Shown one piece after another: positions 38,071-48,051 of a stretch of DNA of 64,000 nucleotides. Both the position numbers and the translations under genes were made by a program. The notes under the pieces were generated by a model. That model was not told the origin of the DNA. It saw nothing but the letters and a program-made list of their open reading frames with translations, and ran no database searches. Positions within the stretch are counted from its first letter, which is position 1. Each line of letters begins with the position of its first letter. The DNA comes from a virus: positions 15,054-79,053 of the IMG/VR virus record IMGVR_UViG_3300028416_000501; one strand, given 5' to 3'.

Positions 38071-39286
38071 ATGGCTTGAACTCCGGTGCAACATCTAACA
38101 AGTTACCTTTTTGTAAATCATCTGTTTTTGTATTAAAGTCTACAAACTCTTTCCAACGCTTTTCATACCAATCTTCAGACCACATATACTTGATACAGTC
38201 TGCTACTTTTGGTATGTCTAAATAAGGTTGTAAGTTTTGCTCGGCGAGCTGTTTTAGTTCTTTTGGTAGAGAACGTATGTTATACATTTCTGGGTGATTA
38301 AGAATATTTAAATATATGTCTTTGTCAGGAATACCTTTGCTTCGTGTCCAGTCAAACAGTTCACTCATAGCACACATGTTTAGTACTTGTACTGTACAAT
38401 GCACTTGAATGTACACATTTGGTAGTGCTAATAGTTTATCAAATGTTTCTACTATTTTACCCCAACTGCTTGGATACCTAACATATCTATCTCTATCGCC
38501 AGTTGCATCAATACTACAATTAAGTTGCACACCTTTAAAATGACTCCAATAGTCAATCATTTTTTGTGGAATGTTTGTAAGGTTAGTGTTGTACTTTAGT
38601 TTAATATTACTTGCCAGATCGTTTTCAATACAATAATCAAATAATGCATATTGACTAGTTGCAAGTGTAGGCTCACCGCCTGTTAAATAAATTTCTTCAA
38701 TTGTATGTGCTATCTCTACAAAGTTTAATCCTGTTTGTTTACGGTCTGGCCATACTTTCATAACTTCCATGTAGTCTAGTTCGTCACTGTTTAGTGGCTC
38801 ATTGGGTGTAAGCTCTGCAAGTCCAGTTACTTTATTCCAGTCTTTAACCCACATGCTACTACTCCATGGGTTACACATTCTACATTTTAAGTTACACAGG
38901 TTACCTAAACGCAAGTCTACATAACGAATGTCTAATGGTATTTCTTCTGCTACTTTTACATTGTCTTTGTACCACTTCTCATTGTAACCTATGCGTGGAC
39001 TACGTATACCTGCATCTTCTTCACGGAAACATCTTTGACATGTTTCTGGACGCTCTCCGTCTATAAACTCTTTGCGAATGTTTTTATACCATTCACTGTT
39101 CCATACATCATTAATATCATCTTTGAATATTCTATATGCTTTGCCACTGCCATCGTCTTTTAATACTTTGTTGTTAGCAGGGTTACTGTTACAACAAACA
39201 CGAAAGCCACCGCCAGGGTTAACTGCGGCGTGCATAAATGGTAATACACAAAATGTATCGCTTGGTAATTTTTTACTCATCTTCAA
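38063..39286 (-). CDS. N-terminal twitch radical SAM protein
   Basis: FCVLPF..RVCC..CQRC; CNLKCRMC; TGGEP. Confidence 0.93.
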   Translation of the reverse strand: MKMSKKLPSDTFCVLPFMHAAVNPGGGFRVCCNSNPANNKVLKDDGSGKAYRIFKDDINDVWNSEWYKNIRKEFIDGERPETCQRCFREEDAGIRSPRIGYNEKWYKDNVKVAEEIPLDIRYVDLRLGNLCNLKCRMCNPWSSSMWVKDWNKVTGLAELTPNEPLNSDELDYMEVMKVWPDRKQTGLNFVEIAHTIEEIYLTGGEPTLATSQYALFDYCIENDLASNIKLKYNTNLTNIPQKMIDYWSHFKGVQLNCSIDATGDRDRYVRYPSSWGKIVETFDKLLALPNVYIQVHCTVQVLNMCAMSELFDWTRSKGIPDKDIYLNILNHPEMYNIRSLPKELKQLAEQNLQPYLDIPKVADCIKYMWSEDWYEKRWKEFVDFNTKTDDLQKGNLLDVAPEFKPYV

Positions 39287-40328
39287 AAAACTCCGGACAA
39301 ACTTTTCTAAAATTTGTACCCATTAATCTATCTTTTATTTCCATATGTTTAAGCAACTCCTTAAATGCATTCTCATCATATTTGTATTGAGAAGTTATAT
39401 TATATCTTTTTCTTAATTTGTCATTTAGACTTGCATAAGTTAAATATGCTGGTCTATATATTTCTACACTTTTACTAAACGATATTTTTAAATCTTTTGC
39501 CCACTGTGCCGCTGATTCATTTTGTGATGCATTAACCGACATAGGCAGATAATTTATATTTAAATGAAACTTATCTGGATAATGATTTTCTATTTGCTTA
39601 AACTTTATTAAATTAGCCTCTACTTCTTTCCAATTAGCTCCTGCTCTAATATATTCAAACTTATCTTCTATTCCATCTATACTTACTAAGAATACAACAT
39701 CCTTAAATGTTAGTAACATTTCTAATAGCTCTGAATCAAGTGGTATAGTACCGTTTGTAATAATGCTTAGTCTAACAGAAGGAGATACTTCATCATCTAC
39801 TAAACGTTTAATAATCTTTCTTACATGTGGAATCATTAAAGGCTCGCCACCTGTAAATTTTAAATACTTTGTATCATATAATGATGATAATATATCTGGT
39901 AAGATATCCTTATGCCAGCCTGTTTTCATCTTTGCTTCGACTTTGACTAACCTATGCCAATCTTCGTCTGGATTTGCATTTACCATTGTATGCCATTTAC
40001 TACTACTTAATGGGTTACACATTACGCAAGTCAAGTTGCATGTATTATGTAATTTTAAATCCCAATACTGTATTCCTTGTGCTTCATTAAACCACTCGTT
40101 TGATTCCTGTCTTAAACTTTTCTTGCCTCTGTCTTCTTCTGCTTTACATTCATAACAGTTAGGTAGCCATTTTGTTAAACTTTCTTCATATAGTTCGTTA
40201 AACTTTTCTCTCCAACCTGGCTCATTATATCGCTGTTCGATATCAGAATTCATATACATACAACAAGGTCTGACTTGTCCGCCAGGTCCTATTGTAACTC
40301 CATTTTTAAACATCAAACATTTTGGCAT
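39273..40328 (-). CDS. N-terminal twitch radical SAM protein
   Basis: KC..RPCC..CYEC; CNLTCVMC; TGGEP. Confidence 0.92.
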   Translation of the reverse strand: MPKCLMFKNGVTIGPGGQVRPCCMYMNSDIEQRYNEPGWREKFNELYEESLTKWLPNCYECKAEEDRGKKSLRQESNEWFNEAQGIQYWDLKLHNTCNLTCVMCNPLSSSKWHTMVNANPDEDWHRLVKVEAKMKTGWHKDILPDILSSLYDTKYLKFTGGEPLMIPHVRKIIKRLVDDEVSPSVRLSIITNGTIPLDSELLEMLLTFKDVVFLVSIDGIEDKFEYIRAGANWKEVEANLIKFKQIENHYPDKFHLNINYLPMSVNASQNESAAQWAKDLKISFSKSVEIYRPAYLTYASLNDKLRKRYNITSQYKYDENAFKELLKHMEIKDRLMGTNFRKVCPEFFEDE

Positions 40329-41061
40329 AATTCTCGTTCACTTTATTTTTAAATTGATCACTTGGACCACCATCGAATATCATATGTATTCGAGGCTCAT
40401 CGCTGCGGTTCCATACTGCATGATTGTGTCCTGTATTAATCTTTACTACAAGACCGTTTTCATATGGCAATTTACCATATTCTTCTATTACTAAGTTGCA
40501 GTCTGTTGGATTGTTAATAGCAACATTAGTTGCGCCAAGTCCTGCTAATTTATCTGTATCCTTGTGTGGCATAATCCAACCACCTGGCAATACTGCCATA
40601 AATCTAACACGGGTAAATTTATTATACAGCATTTCGTCTTGCATCCATTGTTTCGTTTTAGGACAAAACTTTGCAATATCTGTCCAATCTGATAACTCAT
40701 CTTCGGCACTATCTGGCAATCCATAATCTTCTGGGCAATTAGTATGTACACTGCTCATACCATGAATACATGCACTTAACCAGCCGCCACTTCCTACTGC
40801 TCTATGAACTGTAAAACATTCTGCTTCTAATAGTGCAATTGCTTCTTTATGTATATCTTGCCACGGTACTGATATGTCTGGAACAGTAACCCACGGAACA
40901 CATGTATTGTCCATTATATTATTAATGTCATTACATGTAAGTTGCACGTTATCTGCAAGAGCAGGGTTTGTGTTAAAATTCTCCCATACTTCAAAGTATT
41001 CCTTTGTTTCGTTGTTAGCTTCTTCCCACCATGCTAAATTATTATAATGTATCATATCCAT
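40306..41061 (-). CDS. aspartyl/asparaginyl beta-hydroxylase-like Fe(II)/2OG dioxygenase
   Basis: RVRFMAVLPGGWIMPHKD (HxD), HAVWNRSDEPRIHMI. Confidence 0.85.
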   Translation of the reverse strand: MDMIHYNNLAWWEEANNETKEYFEVWENFNTNPALADNVQLTCNDINNIMDNTCVPWVTVPDISVPWQDIHKEAIALLEAECFTVHRAVGSGGWLSACIHGMSSVHTNCPEDYGLPDSAEDELSDWTDIAKFCPKTKQWMQDEMLYNKFTRVRFMAVLPGGWIMPHKDTDKLAGLGATNVAINNPTDCNLVIEEYGKLPYENGLVVKINTGHNHAVWNRSDEPRIHMIFDGGPSDQFKNKVNENYAKMFDV

Positions 41062-42422
41062 TTTAGCCTTCCAATATTAGTCATATCGTAGTAGCTTCCA
41101 TTCATGTTGCCATTTAGATAAACTTTATCTGAGATACTTTGTACCTTTGTTATGTATTTAATACCGTTAACTGTAGTACTAAGTCCTTTACTAAAATAGT
41201 TTGATTCATAGTTCCAAATGTTAGTACACTGTAGTAAAACTGTTTTATTATGTGGTAACATGTTTACAATGGAATCATAATCTTCTACAATATTAACTAC
41301 TTCAAACTGATGTTCTAAATTTTGTATCTTGCGCCAAAGTGTTAACCATTGCTCTTTGCTATCAAAACTGTCTAAAAACTTTTCCCATGTTCCATATCCA
41401 TTTATAAATTGTCCATTAAAGTTTAACCTATGTTTATTTGTTTCAAAGAAGGTAGGAAAGTCTATTCCATCCCATTCGCTTACTAGTATCTCTAACCATT
41501 GCACTGCATGTGGATTGTAATCAGTCCATATAACCATTTCCATGTTATCAATACTATTTTCTATATACTTAAATTGATGAAGTCCACTACATGGACATAC
41601 GGCTACTTGCAAATCTGATACATCAGTATGCGGTACAGTTTCCGTGTTTGTTACATATAGATTAGTAAATTCTTGTATTTTAAATTCTAACAATGCTCTC
41701 TTATCTGGATAATTTTCTCTTATATCGTATACAACTTCAGGATCGGTATATTTTTTAAATAATTCATTTTCAGTAAATTCAATATCATCTTCGGGATACG
41801 AACATTCTTTGTTGCTTCTTATATTATAATCTAAATTAAAAATTGTTAAGCCTTGATCGATGGATGTTCTTAGGAACTGATCAAATATAGATCTCTCTGG
41901 TTGAACATTTATAAGACTGCCATCTAACAATGGCTTTATCCACTTGGGTGTATAATCATCGTGCATATGTTCTGTACTAGTAGTATACTCATACAACTTA
42001 ATTTTAGATAAAAACTTGTATGTGTCTAAATTAACTATGACGCACTGTGTATGAAAATGTGGATCACTTCTGCTAGGGCGATCTATTATATGTCCTGCAC
42101 AGCCCCATTTTTCTTTATTCCATTCAGTTACTGATTTTAAAATTTCATTATCAATTTCTGGGTCACTTGGCCAACTGCCTTCTGCCCATATTACTGCTAC
42201 TTTGAAGTTTAACTGTTTTAAATCATTAAGTAAAAAGTCTAGATTATCATTACTGCAATCTATAACAAAAGAACCATCAGTGTTTAAGTCTACATTAATA
42301 TTTGTTATTGATTTTAACACTGATACATAATCATCTGAAGCATTTTCAAGTTCGCTCACAATTGAACGTTCCATAGTTATATGGCATATCTCTTTACCTC
42401 TAATTGTAAGTTTTGGTAACAT
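41052..42422 (-). CDS. hypothetical protein, paralog of 42422-43708
   Basis: YVTNTE, CSGL, WTDYN..EWDGIDF, TNIWNY. Confidence 0.75.
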   Translation of the reverse strand: MLPKLTIRGKEICHITMERSIVSELENASDDYVSVLKSITNINVDLNTDGSFVIDCSNDNLDFLLNDLKQLNFKVAVIWAEGSWPSDPEIDNEILKSVTEWNKEKWGCAGHIIDRPSRSDPHFHTQCVIVNLDTYKFLSKIKLYEYTTSTEHMHDDYTPKWIKPLLDGSLINVQPERSIFDQFLRTSIDQGLTIFNLDYNIRSNKECSYPEDDIEFTENELFKKYTDPEVVYDIRENYPDKRALLEFKIQEFTNLYVTNTETVPHTDVSDLQVAVCPCSGLHQFKYIENSIDNMEMVIWTDYNPHAVQWLEILVSEWDGIDFPTFFETNKHRLNFNGQFINGYGTWEKFLDSFDSKEQWLTLWRKIQNLEHQFEVVNIVEDYDSIVNMLPHNKTVLLQCTNIWNYESNYFSKGLSTTVNGIKYITKVQSISDKVYLNGNMNGSYYDMTNIGRLKWI

Positions 42423-43708
42423 TAAATTCCTTGACCTATACTATCATTTGTGCTGTATCCTAGTACCCATTTAACATCGCAAGTTAAATCATTATCATTC
42501 GGGTCTGTTCCTGAAAACCAGCACTTATCTATTTGTTGTAGTCTTACCATTAATTCAGCAAAACTGCGTTCTAGTGTAAACGGTTCAACTATTACTTTGA
42601 GTAGCACATAACTGTATATGTTGCTTGCCCAAAAGAATGTACTTGAATTGTTGTCTAGTTTGTCTGTAATTTCTTTATGATTGTTTACAAGGTCTACTTC
42701 TAAGAACTCGTGTTTACATAACTTTACTTGCATCCAAAAGTCTAGCCAATTGTCCATTCCACCGAACTGTTCTACTATATTTAACCAATCTTTATCTACC
42801 TGTTTTAGCAGTAACGAATTAGCGTCTGGATTGTCTTCGCACCATTGTTTAACAAACGCTGGATAGTCAAATCCGTCCCATTCTTCCACCATTAGACGCT
42901 TAAATTTAACGCTGTAAGCGTCAAAATCATACCATACGAACTTTGTACTGTCTATATCAATACCGTACGTATATGCGTAGTATAGAAGCTTAAAACCAGC
43001 CGTTACACCCACATATTGCTCAAATACAGTGTGTTTTATAGCATCTGCTACTGTTGGACTACTAGGCTCTGTATTAACAAAATACACCGGGCTACTGGGT
43101 ATATTCTTGCGTTTAATAATAACTCTAGCACCTCTGGCAATTGTGTGATCTGTATACTTCTTATTCATTAACCCATTTAAAAAGTTAACTGGGTCTGTTT
43201 TTGGAGCACCTACTACAATGTTTCTTTCTATAGTTTTGCTTAATTCTACTGTTGACTCACCTAGCCAATTTTCTGCCCAGAAATCGTAATCTCCAAAGTT
43301 TGGTGCTTTTGCAGGCCAGGCAATAAATTCGTCTATGTTTAGTAACATTAAACTATCTACATATTTTGGGTGTACTGCTGTAATCCAATCTTTCTTTTCT
43401 AAACGATTTATATAAGTCAATATCTTCTTTTCAATTCCATCTGTTTTAGGCCAGCATCCATCAAACCAGAATGCAACATACTTGTGTCCCATCTTTCTAA
43501 CATGTTCAATCCATTCGATGCTACTAGTATTATACAGGTTAACTATACTAGATGTCAAGTGATTATCGCACTCTACTTGTTGCAATAACAGTAGCTTTTG
43601 TTTGAGTGTTTGATGTGATGCTAAATGTGTGTTTTTTGGTATAAACACATTTACTATTTCACAGTCGCTTACAAACTGATAATCCCAATCTTTTTGCCCT
43701 TTAATCAT
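42422..43708 (-). CDS. hypothetical protein, paralog of 41052-42422
   Basis: YFVNTE, TAGF, WYDFD..EWDGFDY, SNIYSY. Confidence 0.75.
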   Translation of the reverse strand: MIKGQKDWDYQFVSDCEIVNVFIPKNTHLASHQTLKQKLLLLQQVECDNHLTSSIVNLYNTSSIEWIEHVRKMGHKYVAFWFDGCWPKTDGIEKKILTYINRLEKKDWITAVHPKYVDSLMLLNIDEFIAWPAKAPNFGDYDFWAENWLGESTVELSKTIERNIVVGAPKTDPVNFLNGLMNKKYTDHTIARGARVIIKRKNIPSSPVYFVNTEPSSPTVADAIKHTVFEQYVGVTAGFKLLYYAYTYGIDIDSTKFVWYDFDAYSVKFKRLMVEEWDGFDYPAFVKQWCEDNPDANSLLLKQVDKDWLNIVEQFGGMDNWLDFWMQVKLCKHEFLEVDLVNNHKEITDKLDNNSSTFFWASNIYSYVLLKVIVEPFTLERSFAELMVRLQQIDKCWFSGTDPNDNDLTCDVKWVLGYSTNDSIGQGI

Positions 43709-43844
43709 CGGATAACCTTTGTATTAATTCTGATAGTTTATCTCTTAGTCTATCTAATGCCTTAGGGCTTAGTTTTTCAGCTTCACAAATGTATATTGTT
43801 TCTTTCATTTTTTCTATTTGATAAATTAAGTCATTTTGTTTCAT
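43701..43844 (-). CDS. 47-aa hypothetical protein
   Basis: Read by hand: MKQNDLIYQIEKMKETIYICEAEKLSPKALDRLRDKLSELIQRLSDD; overlaps both neighbours. Confidence 0.55.
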   Translation of the reverse strand: MKQNDLIYQIEKMKETIYICEAEKLSPKALDRLRDKLSELIQRLSDD

Positions 43845-44020
43845 TGTAATTTTTTCCAGTGATGTGTATCATCTTCAGTAGGTAATTGACCAATATATTC
43901 TTCGCCAGTTTCCATGTCAACTAGTTTCCATTTGCCTGGGCACTTAGTCTTTACTTTTAATGTTATTGCTACATCATAAGCAGGCACTTCTGCGCCACTA
44001 ATTCTTAACTTTCTATTCAT
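43841..44020 (-). CDS. 59-aa hypothetical protein
   Basis: Read by hand: MNRKLRISGAEVPAYDVAITLKVKTKCPGKWKLVDMETGEEYIG...; GAAGG RBS. Confidence 0.65.
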   Translation of the reverse strand: MNRKLRISGAEVPAYDVAITLKVKTKCPGKWKLVDMETGEEYIGQLPTEDDTHHWKKLQ

Positions 44021-44033
44021 TTACCTTCTTCTT

Positions 44034-44792
44034 TCATTTGTATTTGTATTCATCAGCAATGGCGATAATAGTATCCCATGATAATTCAACTATGCTTTTA
44101 ATCATAGGGTGTGCTATTTGATTAAGATGATTATATTGATCAATTATAGGATCAAATAATAATTTATGATTTACTGTTACATGGTAGTCAAAAAATTGTA
44201 GTGATGTATAATTCTTTTGTAGTAGTTCGCCAGCATTAACCCATATTAAGTTATTATGTGTTTTCATATACTCTTGTTCCATGAGTGTTTTGACCCTTAT
44301 ACGATGACACATTCTTTCGAGACTAATTTTTGTGTTATAATCAACATCTTCCGCAGCTTCGTCACTAAATTCCATCATTAAGAAATGAAACCTATTAGTA
44401 GGCTGATTTTTCATATCAAGATATGTACTATAAAAATTACCACTAACATCACAAATTACATTACTAATAACATCCGCTATGCAATTAACATAAAATCCAG
44501 AGCTTTTATAATCAATTACCATACTATTATCAGTACTGTATCTAATATGCTCATTGTAGTATTTCAGTTCTTTGGTATTGTCAAAATGCTTATATGTGTC
44601 TCCGTGATGTGTGTAATAGTCATCACTGTGTCGTACATATAATCCAAAAATGCCTGGATAAAATTCCCAAAGATCCTTGCCATGATTCTCTGCTCTAAGT
44701 ACTGTGAGTAATCTATTTGTAAGTTCATTCAAACTATGTCCTGGGCCAACTACAATATCTCTATCAGCTAGATTTTTGTTCCAAATAGTCAT
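44034..44792 (-). CDS. hypothetical protein
   Basis: Coupled 252-aa ORF; weak P-loop/sulfotransferase-like N-terminus. Confidence 0.55.
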   Translation of the reverse strand: MTIWNKNLADRDIVVGPGHSLNELTNRLLTVLRAENHGKDLWEFYPGIFGLYVRHSDDYYTHHGDTYKHFDNTKELKYYNEHIRYSTDNSMVIDYKSSGFYVNCIADVISNVICDVSGNFYSTYLDMKNQPTNRFHFLMMEFSDEAAEDVDYNTKISLERMCHRIRVKTLMEQEYMKTHNNLIWVNAGELLQKNYTSLQFFDYHVTVNHKLLFDPIIDQYNHLNQIAHPMIKSIVELSWDTIIAIADEYKYK

Positions 44793-46027
44793 TTATTTTC
44801 TGCCTTCATTAATCTGTTGTGTACTGATTCCATATTTTCAATTTCCAGTCCTAGATGCTCTCTAACTAAAGATTTTAGAGAAATTGACATTGGGTATCTC
44901 ATTTCTATATCTCTGTTATATTTTCTCATTTTTGCATAGTCTCGAATATTTGGTTGATTGCTTTCTATATAATTAATAAATCTCTGCATCTCAGGGTGCC
45001 TATCTAACGCACCTTTTAACTTATTAATAATTGCTTCTCTGTATTCTTCGGGCCAAACACTAGGTGTTAAGTATCTGGGTGTTTGTAGTACGTTTGCAGT
45101 AATAAATCTTAAATCTACTTCACTGTCTTTCCAAAAGTCATAAAACTCGGGCATATGAAATACGTTATGTGATTGTACTGTAATGCCTGCTGCAACATCA
45201 ATAGTAGGATAACTATTTAATGCTAACATGTTTGCGTATACATTGTCCCAATCTCCATCCCTACGTATAAAATTATATACATCACCTACGCCGTCCATAC
45301 TTATTTTAATATTAACACTTTTAAATTCATTCCAAATTTTAATTAAATCATATTGTTTAAATTTTATATAACTTAGATTACTAGCATACCGTAGTTTTAT
45401 TTTACTTTTTAGATGCAGTGGAATTGACTCTAACAAGTCATAATGTTCTTTATTAATAATTGGTTCACCACCAGTGAACTGTAATGTATGCACTGACTCC
45501 CATAATTCCGGCCATTCGTTTAAACTATTAAATAACGTTGTTGGCCTTAGTAGCTTAGTTTCGTGTCCATCTTTTTGATATTTTGTTATAATATCTAAAT
45601 CTTTTACACGTTTATAACTACTGTGAGTACTACACATTATACATTTTAGATTACAAAAGTTACTGACTTTAAGTTCAATCCATTTAGGACTATTACTAAC
45701 ACTATAGTCATCATTAACTTCAATGACTTCTGAAAATTCATTCCAGTTGTCCTTTTCCCATTGTTGACGGTTGCTTACAATGCCACTATCTTCGTTATGC
45801 CAACACACTTCACAGCGTTCTGGTCTTTCGTCCTCTGCCAAAGCACGTCTTAGCTCTTTATAGTTTTCGTTGTTCCAGCTTTCAAGAGCAGTCTCACCTG
45901 GATTATTCAATGGGGTTTCTTGCGCCTCACAACAAGGCACCATGTCTCCACCGGCACTTCCGTAAATGTGCATAAATGGTAACATACAAAATGTTTTACT
46001 CTTTTTTAGTTTATCTTTATCTATCAT
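44789..46027 (-). CDS. N-terminal twitch radical SAM protein
   Basis: FCMLPF..VPCC..CEVC; CNLKCIMC; TGGEP. Confidence 0.93.
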   Translation of the reverse strand: MIDKDKLKKSKTFCMLPFMHIYGSAGGDMVPCCEAQETPLNNPGETALESWNNENYKELRRALAEDERPERCEVCWHNEDSGIVSNRQQWEKDNWNEFSEVIEVNDDYSVSNSPKWIELKVSNFCNLKCIMCSTHSSYKRVKDLDIITKYQKDGHETKLLRPTTLFNSLNEWPELWESVHTLQFTGGEPIINKEHYDLLESIPLHLKSKIKLRYASNLSYIKFKQYDLIKIWNEFKSVNIKISMDGVGDVYNFIRRDGDWDNVYANMLALNSYPTIDVAAGITVQSHNVFHMPEFYDFWKDSEVDLRFITANVLQTPRYLTPSVWPEEYREAIINKLKGALDRHPEMQRFINYIESNQPNIRDYAKMRKYNRDIEMRYPMSISLKSLVREHLGLEIENMESVHNRLMKAENK

Positions 46028-47153
46028 TGTATTTTAGTATATTCTCAAACTTAGGTGCAAGATTTATATCTTGTCCTCTATGTGTTAAAATTCTATTTAA
46101 CTCTTTTATATACTGCTCACTATTATCTTGTTGATTATCTGTAGTTGCACACATATTTTTTAATAACTTATAGCTAGGTGTAAACTTACCAGCATTCTTA
46201 TTAAATCCCATGTACTGTTGATCTATTGTTAATTCTAATGTACGCTTAAACCAATTTGGCCAATGCTCTACACTCATATAATGAGGCTCATATACTGTTT
46301 GTAGCATTACTCCAATGCCTTTATGCACTCTTGCCCAATGTATAAACTCATGTAGCTGTGGAGCGTTAATAACGCTTACAGTGGTGGCTGTAGCTATTTT
46401 TAAGCGTCCTGTAGCGTCTTTTACTTCTATCCACTTGTCAAGTGTAGCCTCTATTGTTTCCCACTTACTAGGGTAACGTAGAAGGTCGTTTGTAGTGCCC
46501 ACACCATCAATACTAGGACTTAGTTGTATACGCTTAAACTTTAATAATGCATCAAGTTCTAATTTCTTTGGAAACCATGTACAGTTTGTAAATATCTCTA
46601 AGTCGATCTGTCCTGCTATTCCACTGTCCGCTAATCTAACGACTAGGTTTAAAAACTGCCTATGTAAGAACGGCTCGCCACCTGTTACTTTAATAAACTT
46701 AACATGCTTTAATTTGTCTAAATCTAAATTATCTAAATCATATTCTTGTACTTCTTTTAATTTTTTAATCTTCTCTGGAGAACTAATGCCTAATGCAAGT
46801 TCATCTTTGTCCCACGTATGACTAAACTCTGCTCCACAACTTAAACATGCTAAGTTGCAAAGTCTACCTACTGTTATTTCTAAATACTCTAAACGTACTG
46901 TATCTGTAAAGTCATCAAAGAATTCATCAGCTTCAGTTCTCATACTGCTACCTTTCATTTCTTCGTCAGACTTACATTTATAACATCCAGGGTGCCATTC
47001 ATTACGCATCATAGTTTTGCGTATCTCGTTAAAGCTATTATCTTCTGGTAAAAATCTTGTATGAAATCTACAACATGGTGTTGCAGGTTGTCCGTGCATA
47101 AGCATTTCTGCTTTGAACGGGTAAGCACATGCGTTAGCAGGTAACTTATTCAT
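46017..47153 (-). CDS. N-terminal twitch radical SAM protein
   Basis: ACAYPF..TPCC..CYKC; CNLACLSC; TGGEP. Confidence 0.92.
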   Translation of the reverse strand: MNKLPANACAYPFKAEMLMHGQPATPCCRFHTRFLPEDNSFNEIRKTMMRNEWHPGCYKCKSDEEMKGSSMRTEADEFFDDFTDTVRLEYLEITVGRLCNLACLSCGAEFSHTWDKDELALGISSPEKIKKLKEVQEYDLDNLDLDKLKHVKFIKVTGGEPFLHRQFLNLVVRLADSGIAGQIDLEIFTNCTWFPKKLELDALLKFKRIQLSPSIDGVGTTNDLLRYPSKWETIEATLDKWIEVKDATGRLKIATATTVSVINAPQLHEFIHWARVHKGIGVMLQTVYEPHYMSVEHWPNWFKRTLELTIDQQYMGFNKNAGKFTPSYKLLKNMCATTDNQQDNSEQYIKELNRILTHRGQDINLAPKFENILKYNDR

Positions 47154-48051
47154 AAAAATTTCCTTTGTTTTTGTAACGCTTTAGTGCTTTTGCAATATTA
47201 ATTCTGTTGTATATTCCATCTCTATGAAACTCATCATACTGTGGACCTTTAGGTGCTAATGCAATATGTATGGTGTTTGTCATTTCAAATCCATAATGAT
47301 CGCATACTGCTACATGCGAGTCCATATACTTTTTAGGAATAGTATCTGGTCCAAACTTTTCCATAAGCCTATTAGCAATTGCAGTGTTGAGATGGTTTCC
47401 ATGATTCCAATCTGTTTGTACTTCTAAACTACCTTCGTTGATGCGTGAGAATGTAATACCTGCACGCCAGTTACCACAACTTAATCCTTTAGTAGTACTA
47501 AATGCTACCATCTTAATACAAGGTTCATCTAAGTTTATATCTATGTCAAAGCAAGTACCAAACCATGCACAATCAACTAACACTGGAATGTCTAATTGAT
47601 TACATATTTTAATCATATCGTCAAACCGCTCTGGAACTCTACCAGTGCCACTAAATGGTACACTTACTAATACTGCATCACCTTGTGTTAAGCCCTTGTC
47701 ATCAATACTGTCACTCCATTCTAAATTTGTGTGTATCAATGCATCTCTGTTATATGGATACTCACCTCTAAATGTTTTGAGGTTGAGGTTGTTCACTGAA
47801 CAATAGTAGTGCCACCAATCTAGTGTCTGTGTAGTGCCTACACTTGCAAACCTATAAGGAAATGCATCAAGTCCAGTAAAGTTGTTTAGTTTACTGCTTT
47901 CAATCCAGCCTTGATATCTATCTAACATAATGTTAGACTCGTCTGCCAGTGTTGATATATCTATGTTAGGAAAGAATGTTTCATTGAGGTGATCCATGTA
48001 TGGTTGGTTCCATACACTGTTTCCTGTCTTTCCAAAATCTGGGTTACTCAT
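47146..48051 (-). CDS. PLP-dependent (fold type I) aminotransferase-like enzyme
   Basis: VLVDCAWFG, FSTTKGL (PLP Lys), WRAG. Confidence 0.75.
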   Translation of the reverse strand: MSNPDFGKTGNSVWNQPYMDHLNETFFPNIDISTLADESNIMLDRYQGWIESSKLNNFTGLDAFPYRFASVGTTQTLDWWHYYCSVNNLNLKTFRGEYPYNRDALIHTNLEWSDSIDDKGLTQGDAVLVSVPFSGTGRVPERFDDMIKICNQLDIPVLVDCAWFGTCFDIDINLDEPCIKMVAFSTTKGLSCGNWRAGITFSRINEGSLEVQTDWNHGNHLNTAIANRLMEKFGPDTIPKKYMDSHVAVCDHYGFEMTNTIHIALAPKGPQYDEFHRDGIYNRINIAKALKRYKNKGNFYE

